From: Desulfobacteraceae bacterium
GTDB taxonomy: Bacteria; Desulfobacterota; DSM-4660; Desulfatiglandales; HGW-15
NCBI GenBank assembly: GCA_050123415.1
Contig: JASFHE010000003.1
Coordinates: 7,794-39,793 of the forward strand
Direction: 5' to 3'
DNA length: 32,000 nucleotides
The notes under the pieces are model-generated. The model was given only the letters and a program-made list of their open reading frames with translations, searched no databases and had not been told where the DNA came from. Both the position numbers and the translations under genes were made by a program. This document shows positions 7,446 to 16,710 of this stretch, one piece after another (the first letter of the stretch is position 1; each line of letters starts with the position of its first letter).

Positions 7446-7991
7446 TTAAAAGTATCGGATTTCCTTTATCTTTACTGCCAAGTTCCGGACTCCCAGTGAA
7501 CTTCTAAGTATTGAACTTACCTCATTTTCCAGATCCGGTATTTTTTTGTTCATATCCTGGTTTTGTGAAGCAATCTCATAAAATTTTTCGTATATCATAC
7601 TTCTCAGATAAAGCTCTTTTTTCCTGAAACGTATTGACGCGAGACCATCCCAGACAATTGAAAGATCAATCCGTATAGTATCATCAGCCGGCCCTGGCGG
7701 GATAAAAAAGGGAGAAAGTATCTCCTCACTCAGATTGTCTTCATCAACATTCACTTCCGGAGTTTGAAAATCTTTTTTCATTAAGAATGAAAACTGCTCA
7801 GGCGCGTATTTTATCCCGAGACCTGATACTGCTAGAATCAATCCCGGAATAATAAAAATCCATATTTTTTTACCGGACTTTTTTTTGGCCTTTACCGGCT
7901 TTTCTTCCTGCTCATCGGAAGCGGTTCCTTTTTCGGCATCTTCATTGGACTCTTCCTCCGGAGCTTCATCTTCTTTGATCTCTTCGGACAT
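7446..7991 (-). CDS. FliL-like single-pass membrane protein (divergent FliL paralog)
   Basis: 181 aa. It has an acidic N-terminus, a K-rich anchor KAKKKSGKK, the TM helix IWIFIIPGLILAVSGLGI and a ~115-aa C-terminal domain. This matches the bona fide FliL at 17755-18267. Segments are colinear: SPFFIP / IRIDLSIVWD / LYLRSMIYEKF / VRNLAVKIKEIRYF versus LDTFIVNL / LKAKVELELD / LPQVRDAILTML / VRNVYFTDFIVQ. The start overlaps the fliA stop (TAATG). Confidence 0.6.
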   Translation of the reverse strand: MSEEIKEDEAPEEESNEDAEKGTASDEQEEKPVKAKKKSGKKIWIFIIPGLILAVSGLGIKYAPEQFSFLMKKDFQTPEVNVDEDNLSEEILSPFFIPPGPADDTIRIDLSIVWDGLASIRFRKKELYLRSMIYEKFYEIASQNQDMNKKIPDLENEVSSILRSSLGVRNLAVKIKEIRYF

Positions 7992-8782
7992 TATTTTTTA
8001 TCAAAGTAATTTTTAAGGCTGTTTTTAAGCCTTAATACAGCCTTTGTATGAAGTTGAGATACACGTGATTCCGTATACCCCATAACTTCGCCAATTTCCT
8101 TCATTGTGAGTTCTTCATAATAGTACAGTGATACGGCAGTTCGTTCATTCTTGGGAAGCCTGTCTATCGCACCGGCGATTATCTGAACAAGTTCAGTTTT
8201 TTTGAGGGACTGAAGGGGTGACTGGTCAAATCCTATTTCAAAGGCGCCTCCATCGGACTGTCCTTCACCGCTTGTGTTGTGGATCTGCATGTCATATTCA
8301 TTGAATATGCTGATCCCCCTTGATTCATCCAGGAGCCGGTAGAAGGCTTCCATTTCCATTCCAAGTTCTTCCGCAACCTCCTCATCCTGGGCCGGACGCA
8401 TTTCCCTGTTTTCAACCCTTGCGTATGCTTCGGCCAGCAGCTTCGCGTTTTTCCGGACAGAGCGGGGCACCCAGTCCATTGAACGCAGTTCGTCAATCAT
8501 GGCGCCCTTGATACGGAATTCCGCGTATGATTTGAACTCCACGCCCTTTTCGACGTCAAACTTGTCAATGGCGTCAAGGAGTCCCATAAGCCCGGCGCTG
8601 GTAAGATCATCCTGTCCTATGTGCTGGGGAAGTCTCAACGCGAGTCTCCCGGCGATTGTCTTTACCAGGGGAGCATACTTGGTAACAAGCGCTTCCCTTT
8701 CACCTGCACTGATTCCATTTGATCCGGAAGGTATCAATTGTGTATATTTTTTCAATTTTTTAGCTGCCTGAGGGGAGGGCAT
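7991..8782 (-). CDS. fliA: Flagellar sigma factor FliA (sigma-28)
   Basis: Sigma-70-family regions 2-4: LVTKYAPLVKTIAGRL, DLTSAGLMGLLDAIDKFD, FKSYAEFRIKGAMIDELR, and the region 4 HTH LTMKEIGEVMGYTESRVSQLHTKAVLRLK. The ORF-track start at 8848 is a TTG. I prefer ATG 8780-8782 (MPSPQ...), which has GAGGT 8 nt upstream, but the start remains uncertain. Confidence 0.9.
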   Translation of the reverse strand: MPSPQAAKKLKKYTQLIPSGSNGISAGEREALVTKYAPLVKTIAGRLALRLPQHIGQDDLTSAGLMGLLDAIDKFDVEKGVEFKSYAEFRIKGAMIDELRSMDWVPRSVRKNAKLLAEAYARVENREMRPAQDEEVAEELGMEMEAFYRLLDESRGISIFNEYDMQIHNTSGEGQSDGGAFEIGFDQSPLQSLKKTELVQIIAGAIDRLPKNERTAVSLYYYEELTMKEIGEVMGYTESRVSQLHTKAVLRLKNSLKNYFDKK

Positions 8783-8841
8783 TCCCCTGTACCTCGCTTC
8801 TTTAAAATTTTTTGTCAACCTGTTACTATCCAAATCCCGGC

Positions 8842-9747
8842 CTAGCAATTTAATAACCTTCGCCAGAAAAACTTTATATCACCTTCAAAATTAATATCAT
8901 CTTCTTTAACAAGAATCTTTTCAGCCAGAGCCATAATACTTTTGGAAGCCAGCGCATTCGGATGTGTATTGATCAACGGCTTCTGCCTTCTTATGGCCTT
9001 TGGAAGCATTTTATCATAGGGTATCCACCCGAGATAATCCAGTGAGGGAGATTGAAGATACTTATCTACTGCAACGCTCAGGCTTCGGAATATTCTATCC
9101 GCCTCATTGCCGTCATGAACAAGATTGATAAGGACCTTGAATCTCTTCTGGTTGTAAGTATTCGTAAGTACTTTTATCAGCGCGTAAGCATCCGTAAGAG
9201 AAGTGGGTTCATTTGTAAGAACTACCAGCCTCTCCATTGCCGCGAAATTAAAATACATTACGTTTGATGATATTCCGGCGCTTGTATCAATCAGAATTAT
9301 ATCAAATTCCTCATGAATGGCATCCAGCTCATTAAGCAGAAAACGTCTCTGGTTATCGTCGAGTTCAGTCAGTTCCTGCATCCCTGAAGCCGCGGGAAGG
9401 AGCTTGAATCCTGCCGGGGTATCAACGATAACGTCCTCAAGACTTTTTTCTCCGCTTAAGACATTGCTGATCGTATACCTCGGGTTTATCCCGAGCATTA
9501 TATCCATATTGGCGAGGCCAAGGTCTGCGTCGAGTATGAGGACCTTTTTGTTAAATTTCTGAAATGCCACAGCAAGATTTGCTGTTATACTTGTTTTGCC
9601 AACGCCGCCCTTTCCGCTGGTGACTGAAATAACTCTTATTGGCGTACTTTGAATACGGTTTTTTACAACTGTCTCCGAGGGTCCAGCAGTTTCCATATTT
9701 ACCATTCTCCTAAGCCCGGCAGCTTGATCCATTATATTTTCCCTCAT
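8842..9747 (-). CDS. flhG: MinD/ParA-type ATPase FlhG (FleN/YlxH), flagellar number regulator
   Basis: Deviant Walker A motif VTSGKGGVGKTSITANLA. MinD-like body. The C-terminal amphipathic tail EGDIKFFWRRLLNC is typical of a membrane-targeting sequence. It follows flhF. An alternative start at ATG 9732 (MDQAAG) has a better SD (GAGGGA). Confidence 0.9.
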   Translation of the reverse strand: MRENIMDQAAGLRRMVNMETAGPSETVVKNRIQSTPIRVISVTSGKGGVGKTSITANLAVAFQKFNKKVLILDADLGLANMDIMLGINPRYTISNVLSGEKSLEDVIVDTPAGFKLLPAASGMQELTELDDNQRRFLLNELDAIHEEFDIILIDTSAGISSNVMYFNFAAMERLVVLTNEPTSLTDAYALIKVLTNTYNQKRFKVLINLVHDGNEADRIFRSLSVAVDKYLQSPSLDYLGWIPYDKMLPKAIRRQKPLINTHPNALASKSIMALAEKILVKEDDINFEGDIKFFWRRLLNC

Positions 9748-10822
9748 TTAATCCGATATCTGATTCTTCTCTTATTCCTGACAGCAGGAAAGAGGCCAGC
9801 TTTTTCTTTGAAGCAGTCTCTATATCCTCAGGGACCTGTTGCCCTGTGGTAAAGTATGAGACCGGTTTTTCTTTTGTTATCAGGAAATTTATCATGGGTG
9901 ATAAATCTTCCGTTTCATCGATTTTTGAAAAAATATAACTGTGGAACGGCAGATTCTCAAACCTGTCAGACGTGTTTATCATATTCCAGTATTGGGTTGT
10001 AGCGCTCATTACAAGAAAGCCGTGTACACTGTCATGGTCCTTAAAGAGTTTGAGGAGATCATTGCTCCCCTGGTCCCCGTTCGGACTTCGACCCGCAGTA
10101 TCAATAAAGATCCTGTCATAATCATTATATTTTCTTATAGCCTTCTGGAGGTCTTTCCCGCTTACCGCGACCTCCACAGGGAGTCCCATTATCCTGGCAT
10201 AGGCCTCCAGTTGCGCTGCCGCTGCAATCCGAAAGGTATCCAGAGTGATCAACACGGACTTCATGCCGTTCTCCAGGGCGCTCTGGGCAGCCAGTTTTGC
10301 AAGGGTTGTTGTTTTTCCGACCCCTGTGGGCCCGATAAACGTGTATATCCTTTTTCCCTTTGAAACATCCCTGCCGGTACTTACCTTTATTTTTGTCAGA
10401 ACCTTCATTAAAGAGTCCTGAAGCAGGTGTGACCTGTTCTGATTTTTATTCGGAACATCAGGGCGGTTTTCGGACATTAATTTTCTAATAAGGTTCTGGT
10501 TGAGCCCGAATGTCTTAAGATGGGTATATCTTTCCCTGAGATCCTGATCATAATAGAGTTCCGGATCAAGGACCCTGCATGCGTCGGAAAAGAGGAGAGC
10601 TTCCTTTATCTCTCTCAGTTCCCTTCCCATTTCCTTTATTTCGGTATTTACATCCATTCCATGTTTTACAGGCTGCGCATCATAGTCAACCGCCGCGGTC
10701 ACTTCAATACCTTGTCCGGGTATGGTCTTTGTTCTCAGGATTACGGCTTCTTCACCCATCTCCTTTTTAACTGTTTTTATTGCTTCACTGGAGTTACGGG
10801 CTATGAATTTTCTTATGTTCAT
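9710..10822 (-). CDS. flhF: SRP-type GTPase FlhF, flagellar placement
   Basis: 370 aa. G1 motif FIGPTGVGKTTTLAKLAA, then DTFRIAAAAQLEAYA, DTAGRS, and SKIDET (a TKLDE-type motif). It sits between flhA and flhG. Confidence 0.92.
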   Translation of the reverse strand: MNIRKFIARNSSEAIKTVKKEMGEEAVILRTKTIPGQGIEVTAAVDYDAQPVKHGMDVNTEIKEMGRELREIKEALLFSDACRVLDPELYYDQDLRERYTHLKTFGLNQNLIRKLMSENRPDVPNKNQNRSHLLQDSLMKVLTKIKVSTGRDVSKGKRIYTFIGPTGVGKTTTLAKLAAQSALENGMKSVLITLDTFRIAAAAQLEAYARIMGLPVEVAVSGKDLQKAIRKYNDYDRIFIDTAGRSPNGDQGSNDLLKLFKDHDSVHGFLVMSATTQYWNMINTSDRFENLPFHSYIFSKIDETEDLSPMINFLITKEKPVSYFTTGQQVPEDIETASKKKLASFLLSGIREESDIGLNEGKYNGSSCRA

Positions 10823-10826
10823 ATAT

Positions 10827-12902
10827 CTAACCTATCTCTCCCAGGGACTGAACCTGCAGACCTCCGGGTATTTCATTATGTGAAAAAACAGCAACGTTTA
10901 TCTGGAAGCTGTCACACAATTTTTTCAAATGTCTTCTTACAGTGGTTGAACATAAAATAACAGGCTGTTCAATCTTGGCGGCAACATCATCCAGTGATTT
11001 TTTAACGTGATGGATTATTTTATTTGCCTCGCTTGGTCCAAGGGCAAGGTATGCCCCGAAATCCGTCTGGTTGATTCCCTTTGAGAGCAGTTCTTCAATA
11101 GACGGTTTGATATTAAGGACCTTTAATGTCTTTTTATTCTCGAGGTACGGCTTTGTAATCGTGCGTGAAAGTCTCTGTCTTACATATTCGGTCAGGATAT
11201 CAGTATCCTTGGTCAATGGCGCATAATCTGCCAGGGTTTCGATTACAGTAAGGATATCCCTTATGGATACCTGTTCGCGGACAAGGTTCTGAAGCACCTT
11301 CTGGATTGCTCCAAGATTTAACAGGCCCGGCATCAGTTCTTCCACCACCTTCGGATCGGTTTTGGATACATTATCCAGGAGACTCTGTACTTCCTGTCTT
11401 CCGAGGAACTCATATCCATGCTGCCTTACCACTTCAGAGAGGTGGGTTGTTATTACGCTGGCAGGCTCAACAACCGTGTATTCCGCAAGCTGTGCCTCGG
11501 ATTTCTTTTCGGGATCAATCCAGACCGCGGGAAGTCCGAATGCCGGATCCCTGGTCTGTATCCCTTCAAGTTTCATCTTCGCGTCTCCCGGATCAATGGC
11601 AAGGAGATGATCTGCCATTATTTCTCCCTTGGCTACCTCATTGCCCTTGATGCAGAAGGCATACTCACTCGGTTTCAGCTCAAGATTGTCTCTTATATGA
11701 ATTGATGGAATTACCATTCCCATGTCCACTGCAAACTGTTTTCTTAAGGCGCGTATGCGATCGAGCAGATTGCCCTGTGTTTTATCATCTACAATGGTTA
11801 TAAGCCCATACCCGATTTCCATCTCAAGACTGTCTAACGGGAGAAGCTGCTGGATATCTTCAGGGCTCTGTGCTTCCGCTTCTTCTTCAGGAGTTTCCAC
11901 GGCTTCAATCTGTTCTTCACCTTTTTTGGATTTGAGGGTCCTTGAAATAAAGAAGATAATGCCGGAAAGCAGGGCAAAGGGAATTAAAGGCATGCCGGGT
12001 GCAAAACCGAAAAGCAGGACTATAAATGACGCGATTGCCAGGGCCCTTGGCTGGAATCCTATCTGACTTGCCACTTCGGAACCAATATTCTGCCCCTCGG
12101 ATGAGGCCCTGCTGACGAGAATACCCGCACCGGTCGATATTATGAGGGCAGGGATCTGTGAGACCAGACCGTCACCTATTGTAAGCAGTGTATAATTTTC
12201 TATTGCTTTGGCCAGGGTAAGGTCCTTCTGAAGGACGCCTATTACAAGACCGCCGATTATATTGATAAGAGTTATGATAATTCCTGCGATCGCATCACCG
12301 CGAACAAATTTGCTTGCACCGTCCATGGCGCCATAGAATTCGGCTTCCCTTGATATTGCCGACCGTCTGCTCCTTGCTTCGGCTTCATCAATCAGGCCCG
12401 CATTTAAATCGGCATCAATGGCCATCTGTTTTCCGGGCATGGCATCGAGGGTAAAACGGGCCGCTACTTCTGCGATCCTTCCCGAACCTTTGGTTATGAC
12501 GACAAAGTTGATAACGACAAGTATGACAAACACAACAAGGCCGACAGTGGGGTTCCCGCCGACTACGAATGATCCGAAGCTGTTAATGACTTCTCCTGCC
12601 GCGTTTGCCCCGGTGTGCCCCTCAAGGAGAATAAGACGGGTTGAAGCGATATTGAGCGACAGCCTGAACAGGGTTGTAATCAGCAGAAGAGACGGGAAAA
12701 CTGAAAAATCCAGTGGTCTGGATGCGTATATTGTTACAAGGATAATAAGAACCGCAAGAGTAATATTAAATGCCAGAAAAAGATCAAGCACCATTGTCGG
12801 AAGAGGGATGATCATAATCATGAGTATCCCCATGATCCCTATTGCTACACCGATATCTAGGTTGGCAAATAATGAGAACTTATTTTTTTCTGCTGCTTCC
12901 AT
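10827..12902 (-). CDS. flhA: Flagellar export gate protein FlhA
   Basis: 691 aa. Multi-TM N-terminal domain with the FHIPEP-type motif (FVRGDAIAGIIITLINIIGG). The large cytoplasmic C-terminal domain is colinear with FlhA. Confidence 0.95.
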   Translation of the reverse strand: MEAAEKNKFSLFANLDIGVAIGIMGILMIMIIPLPTMVLDLFLAFNITLAVLIILVTIYASRPLDFSVFPSLLLITTLFRLSLNIASTRLILLEGHTGANAAGEVINSFGSFVVGGNPTVGLVVFVILVVINFVVITKGSGRIAEVAARFTLDAMPGKQMAIDADLNAGLIDEAEARSRRSAISREAEFYGAMDGASKFVRGDAIAGIIITLINIIGGLVIGVLQKDLTLAKAIENYTLLTIGDGLVSQIPALIISTGAGILVSRASSEGQNIGSEVASQIGFQPRALAIASFIVLLFGFAPGMPLIPFALLSGIIFFISRTLKSKKGEEQIEAVETPEEEAEAQSPEDIQQLLPLDSLEMEIGYGLITIVDDKTQGNLLDRIRALRKQFAVDMGMVIPSIHIRDNLELKPSEYAFCIKGNEVAKGEIMADHLLAIDPGDAKMKLEGIQTRDPAFGLPAVWIDPEKKSEAQLAEYTVVEPASVITTHLSEVVRQHGYEFLGRQEVQSLLDNVSKTDPKVVEELMPGLLNLGAIQKVLQNLVREQVSIRDILTVIETLADYAPLTKDTDILTEYVRQRLSRTITKPYLENKKTLKVLNIKPSIEELLSKGINQTDFGAYLALGPSEANKIIHHVKKSLDDVAAKIEQPVILCSTTVRRHLKKLCDSFQINVAVFSHNEIPGGLQVQSLGEIG

Positions 12903-13005
12903 AAATAATCCTTAGTAAATTAATTTCTCTTAAAAATAACCTGTTAATCTAAATTAAAATAAAATTATAAAAGATTAAATAAATTATCTTTCAAATGTCC
13001 AGTGA

Positions 13006-14079
13006 TCAACCTGCTGTTCTTCCTTTTTTCAATCCATAGACGTAAGCGAGAATTTCAGCTACGGCCTGGTAAAATTGCGGAGGTATTTCAGTACCTAGCT
13101 CTAATTTATACAAGTTCTGTGCCAAGGGTTTGTTTTCCATCATGGGTATATTATGCTTTACGGCGATTTCTCTGATCCTGAACGCGATATTGTTTGCACC
13201 TTTGGCTACTATTACCGGTGCCTTCATATCTTCATCCGGTTTATATTTAAGGGCAATTGAAAGGTGGGTCGGGTTGGTAATAATTACGTCCGCCTTGGGG
13301 ACCTCTTCCATCATCCTGCGCCTTGCCATCTCCCTCTGAATAGACCTTATACGTGATTTTACCATTGGATCGCCTTCAGACTGCCTGAATTCATCCTTTA
13401 CTTCCTGTTTTGTCATCTTGAGTTTCTGCGCATGTTCCCATTTTTGATACATGAAATCCAGGATAGCCATTATCATGATGACGCAACAGCATCTTACGAG
13501 AACTTTAAAGGACAGTTCTCCAAGGAGCGCAAATATCCGGGCGTTTTCCTGGTATAATAACGGTATCATCTGGGAAATTTCGTCTTTCAGGGCATAGTAT
13601 GCCACACCGCCTACAATAGCGATTTTTAGTATGGATTTTGCGAGTTCAACCAGGGATTTCTTGGAAAATACCCTTTCCAGCCCCTTTATTGGGTCTATTT
13701 TTGACGCCTTTGGTGTCAAGGGTTCGACACTGAAAATGATACCTGTCTGGAGTAAATTGGTTAATATTGACACTATCAGCAGTATGATCAGAATAGGAGC
13801 AATTAGAAGGAGAAAATCGGTCATTACTCCTGAGATGAGGGCAGGCGCGAAGTCCATTGTTGAAGCAATATCGGGAATCTGTAAAAAGGTTTTTCTGATA
13901 TTATTCCCCAGGCTCATAGTCATGTCCTTAGCGTTAAAAAACATATAGACTATTCCGGCAGTCAGGATCGCGGTTGAAGACAGTTCCCTGCTCTTTGCGA
14001 CATCACCTTTTTTTCGCGCGTCCTCCTTTTTTTTCGGGGACGCCGGTTCGGTTTTATCCTGGAAACTGTCTTCTGCCAT
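13006..14079 (-). CDS. flhB: Flagellar export switch protein FlhB
   Basis: 357 aa. N-terminus DKTEPASPKKKEDARKKGDVAKSRELSS, four TM helices, and an intact autocleavage motif NPTH (ITNPTHLSIALKY). Confidence 0.95.
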   Translation of the reverse strand: MAEDSFQDKTEPASPKKKEDARKKGDVAKSRELSSTAILTAGIVYMFFNAKDMTMSLGNNIRKTFLQIPDIASTMDFAPALISGVMTDFLLLIAPILIILLIVSILTNLLQTGIIFSVEPLTPKASKIDPIKGLERVFSKKSLVELAKSILKIAIVGGVAYYALKDEISQMIPLLYQENARIFALLGELSFKVLVRCCCVIMIMAILDFMYQKWEHAQKLKMTKQEVKDEFRQSEGDPMVKSRIRSIQREMARRRMMEEVPKADVIITNPTHLSIALKYKPDEDMKAPVIVAKGANNIAFRIREIAVKHNIPMMENKPLAQNLYKLELGTEIPPQFYQAVAEILAYVYGLKKGRTAG

Positions 14080-14086
14080 AAATTAC

Positions 14087-14860
14087 CTACATTAAACCAA
14101 GTAATCTCATCAGGGTTTCACCCATTTTATTTTTAAGATCAAAAATAAGCGGATATATGTTCATAAGAATAAAACAGAATAGTGTAAGACCAATACAAAG
14201 GTTGATCGGGAAACCGACCATGAGTATATTTACCTGCGGCACTGTCCTCGCAATGATGCCAAGGCAAAGGTTTGAGAGAAAAAGCGCGACCATAACCGGG
14301 GCCGCGATCTTGACTCCCAGTATAAACATGTTTGCTCCCGCCTTTATCAGTTCCGTACCGATGGCAGCATGAAAGCTGAGACTGTTCGGTGGAACGGAGT
14401 AAAATGAACTGGCCATAATTCTTATGAACATGTGATGCCCGTTCATTGAAAAGAAAAGGAGTAAGGTAAAGATATAGAGAAACTGTGTAAGCACGGTGCT
14501 CGATGTGCCTGTCTGGGGATCTACCGCGCGGGCCATTGAAAATCCCATCTGAAAACTCATGAACTGCCCGCCCATTTCACTTGCCGCGAGGAACAATCTC
14601 ACCGTTACTGCCAGTATGGAACCCATAAGGACTTCGGATAAAATTCCTACAATTATTTCGGGCGCCGATACAGGAAGATTGGCAGGTATTGGAACAACCG
14701 GTGTAAGGACAATGGCTATAACAAAGGAGAGTCCCGCTTTCCATAATGAAGGGATATTCCTTGCGCCGAAAAGAGGGAGTAAAAAGAACAGAGTGCTGAC
14801 CCGGACAAGTATCCAGAAAAAGCCCTGCATCTGTTCGAATGTTTCAAGTGGAAATGACAT
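14087..14860 (-). CDS. fliR: Flagellar export apparatus protein FliR
   Basis: 257-aa polytopic membrane protein in the fliQ-fliR-flhB position with FliR-like sequence. Confidence 0.9.
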   Translation of the reverse strand: MSFPLETFEQMQGFFWILVRVSTLFFLLPLFGARNIPSLWKAGLSFVIAIVLTPVVPIPANLPVSAPEIIVGILSEVLMGSILAVTVRLFLAASEMGGQFMSFQMGFSMARAVDPQTGTSSTVLTQFLYIFTLLLFFSMNGHHMFIRIMASSFYSVPPNSLSFHAAIGTELIKAGANMFILGVKIAAPVMVALFLSNLCLGIIARTVPQVNILMVGFPINLCIGLTLFCFILMNIYPLIFDLKNKMGETLMRLLGLM

Positions 14861-14867
14861 CCTGTTT

Positions 14868-15137
14868 TTACCTGATAATTGTGGGTATGCTCTGTATCAG
14901 GTTACTGGTAAAATAAGCTACTTTTTGAATTATCCAGGGTGAAGCCGCCAGCAGGGTAAGTAATACAGCGACTATCTTTGGTACAAATGAGAGGGTCATC
15001 TCCTGTACCTGTGTTGTCGCCTGTAGTACGGCAACAAGTAATCCCACAATAAGGCCTACTCCCAGGAGGGGGAGAGATACCATTAAAGCAAGTTTAATTG
15101 CTTCACTCCCAAGGTTTATTACAAATTCAGGTGTCAT
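14868..15137 (-). CDS. fliQ: Flagellar export apparatus protein FliQ
   Basis: 89 aa with two TM helices. It contains the motif LLVAVLQATTQVQEMTLSFVPKI, typical of FliQ. Confidence 0.92.
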   Translation of the reverse strand: MTPEFVINLGSEAIKLALMVSLPLLGVGLIVGLLVAVLQATTQVQEMTLSFVPKIVAVLLTLLAASPWIIQKVAYFTSNLIQSIPTIIR

Positions 15138-15147
15138 AGTGCTATCC

Positions 15148-15915
15148 TTACATAAAACTTTTAATCATGGATCCAATCAGGATATTCCATCCGTCAATCA
15201 GGACAAAGAGCATCAATTTAAAGGGCAGTGATACCATAAACGGGGGAAGCATCATCATACCCATTGACAGCAGGACGCTTGCAACAACCATATCAATAAC
15301 AAGAAAGGGAATATATATTACGAAACCTATCTGGAATGCTGTCTTGAGCTCACTGATTACAAAAGAAGACAGCAGGACAATAGTCGGTATTTCGTCGTAA
15401 TTGTTAGGCTTATCCAGTTTGGCAATATCAATAAAAAGGCCAAGGTCTTTTTTCCTTGTCTGCTTGAGCATGAAGGCCCTTATGGGTTTGAGGGCTTTAT
15501 CCAGCGCCTCCTTCTGAGTAATCTCCTCCGCGAGATAGGGCTGAAGAGCTTCATTGTTTATCTGGTTAAATACAGGGGTCATTAAAAAAAATGTAAGCAG
15601 CAGGGCCAGTCCTACAATTATCTGGTTCGGGGGCATCTGCTGTGTCCCGAGCGCGTGCCGGACAAGTGACAGGACTATTGCAAACCTGGTAAACGAAGTC
15701 ATCATTACGATAATCGCCGGAGCAAGAGATAAAACAGTAAGGAGAAAGAGGACCTGGAGAAGTGTGGATACTTTTTCGGGGCTGTCCGCCTGTTCAACAC
15801 CAAGTGTCAGGCTCGGAAGAGCAGGGGTTTGCGCCGTGGCTGTTGAAGAAAGTACAAAGAGTCCAAACCCCAGTATTATTGAGATTATCGTAAGATATTT
15901 TATTTTTCTATTCAT
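15148..15915 (-). CDS. fliP: Flagellar export apparatus protein FliP
   Basis: Conserved FliP core: FTRFAIVLSLVRHALGTQQMPPNQIIVGLALLLTFFLMTPV and FQIGFVIYIPFLVIDMVVASVLLSMGMMMLPP. The ORF-track start at 15951 is a TTG. ATG 15913-15915 gives a clean signal peptide (MNRKIKYLTIISIILGFGLFVLSSTATAQ) and an 8-nt ATGAATAG overlap with the fliO stop. Confidence 0.92.
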   Translation of the reverse strand: MNRKIKYLTIISIILGFGLFVLSSTATAQTPALPSLTLGVEQADSPEKVSTLLQVLFLLTVLSLAPAIIVMMTSFTRFAIVLSLVRHALGTQQMPPNQIIVGLALLLTFFLMTPVFNQINNEALQPYLAEEITQKEALDKALKPIRAFMLKQTRKKDLGLFIDIAKLDKPNNYDEIPTIVLLSSFVISELKTAFQIGFVIYIPFLVIDMVVASVLLSMGMMMLPPFMVSLPFKLMLFVLIDGWNILIGSMIKSFM

Positions 15916-16291
15916 TGTTTTTGCTGCTGCCATCAGGCGCTTTATGTCCAAGTCCTGCCTTTAAAAGAAAGGAATCAAATATGTTTCTTTCCCGGGGAGG
16001 ATTGCTTTCAAACTGACCGTCATCGGACGGCTTGTCGATCTGTGATATAAGGGAGATATTTTCAGTTCCTACACCGACCAGAAGCCATTGATCACAAATC
16101 TCAATAAGCGCCAGTGACCTTTTGGGGCCAAGTGAGAGAGTGGCAAGGTTTTTCATTACAGGATATTTCCCCATAGTTAATGAGCCGCCTTTTACACGTT
16201 TGATAATAAAAAAAAACAATATCATCAGGGCAAACATTACCAGCAGGAAAATTGCCAGTTTTAATGAAAGAATATTGAAGTCAGTGTCCAA
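15908..16291 (-). CDS. fliO: Flagellar export protein FliO (FliZ)
   Basis: 127 aa with a single N-terminal TM helix. It has the FliO motif LSLGPKRSLALIEICDQWLLVGVGTENISLISQI. The start codon is TTG (16289-16291) with SD GGAG 7 nt upstream. No in-frame ATG precedes the TM helix. Confidence 0.85.
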   Translation of the reverse strand: MDTDFNILSLKLAIFLLVMFALMILFFFIIKRVKGGSLTMGKYPVMKNLATLSLGPKRSLALIEICDQWLLVGVGTENISLISQIDKPSDDGQFESNPPRERNIFDSFLLKAGLGHKAPDGSSKNNE

Positions 16292-16328
16292 TGGGATTCT
16301 CCGTCAATTTAAGACCTTAATAAATATA

Positions 16329-16682
16329 TCAGGTCAGGTTTTTAACTCTTTCGCCGGGGCTGATGATGTTGGTGAGTCTGATTCCGAATTTTTCATTTAC
16401 AACAACGACTTCGCCATGAGCCATAAGTTTTTTATTAACAAAAATTTCAAGCGGCTCATCCGTCAACCTGTTCAGTTCCACTACAGACCCCTGGCTCAGT
16501 TTCAGTAGATCGCCGATTTTTATTTTTGCGTTTCCCAGCTCAACTGAAATATCCAGGGGGATATCCAGCAGAAAATCCATATTTCTGTCGTTACCATCCA
16601 GTCCCATTCCGGGTTCAAGCTCTGACAAATCCATCCCTCCCGACATCATTTGAGTGTCATCCATTATATTTTCATTACTCAT
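16329..16682 (-). CDS. fliN: Flagellar C-ring protein FliN
   Basis: 117 aa. The C-terminal SpoA domain reads LLDIPLDISVELGNAKIKIGDLLKLSQGSVVELNRLTDEPLEIFVNKKLMAHGEVVVVNEKFGIRLT. Confidence 0.93.
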   Translation of the reverse strand: MSNENIMDDTQMMSGGMDLSELEPGMGLDGNDRNMDFLLDIPLDISVELGNAKIKIGDLLKLSQGSVVELNRLTDEPLEIFVNKKLMAHGEVVVVNEKFGIRLTNIISPGERVKNLT

Positions 16683-16710
16683 AAATAAGACCTCTCTTTA
16701 TAGGTGTCTT

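Noticed and set aside
8783-8848. 22-codon N-terminal extension of fliA and a 7-nt overlap with flhG in the ORF track.
   Set aside because: The codon at 8846-8848 is TTG. The first ATG (8780-8782) has GAGGT 8 nt upstream and gives a more typical sigma-28 length. The start stays uncertain without N-terminal data.
12903-13005. 103-bp extremely AT-rich flhB/flhA spacer. On the minus strand it contains TATAAT (12964-12969) and TTGAAA (12989-12994), a possible internal sigma-70 promoter for flhA.
   Set aside because: The spacing is 19 bp, which is too long. In sequence this AT-rich, such hexamers arise by chance. I cannot support a promoter call without transcription start data.
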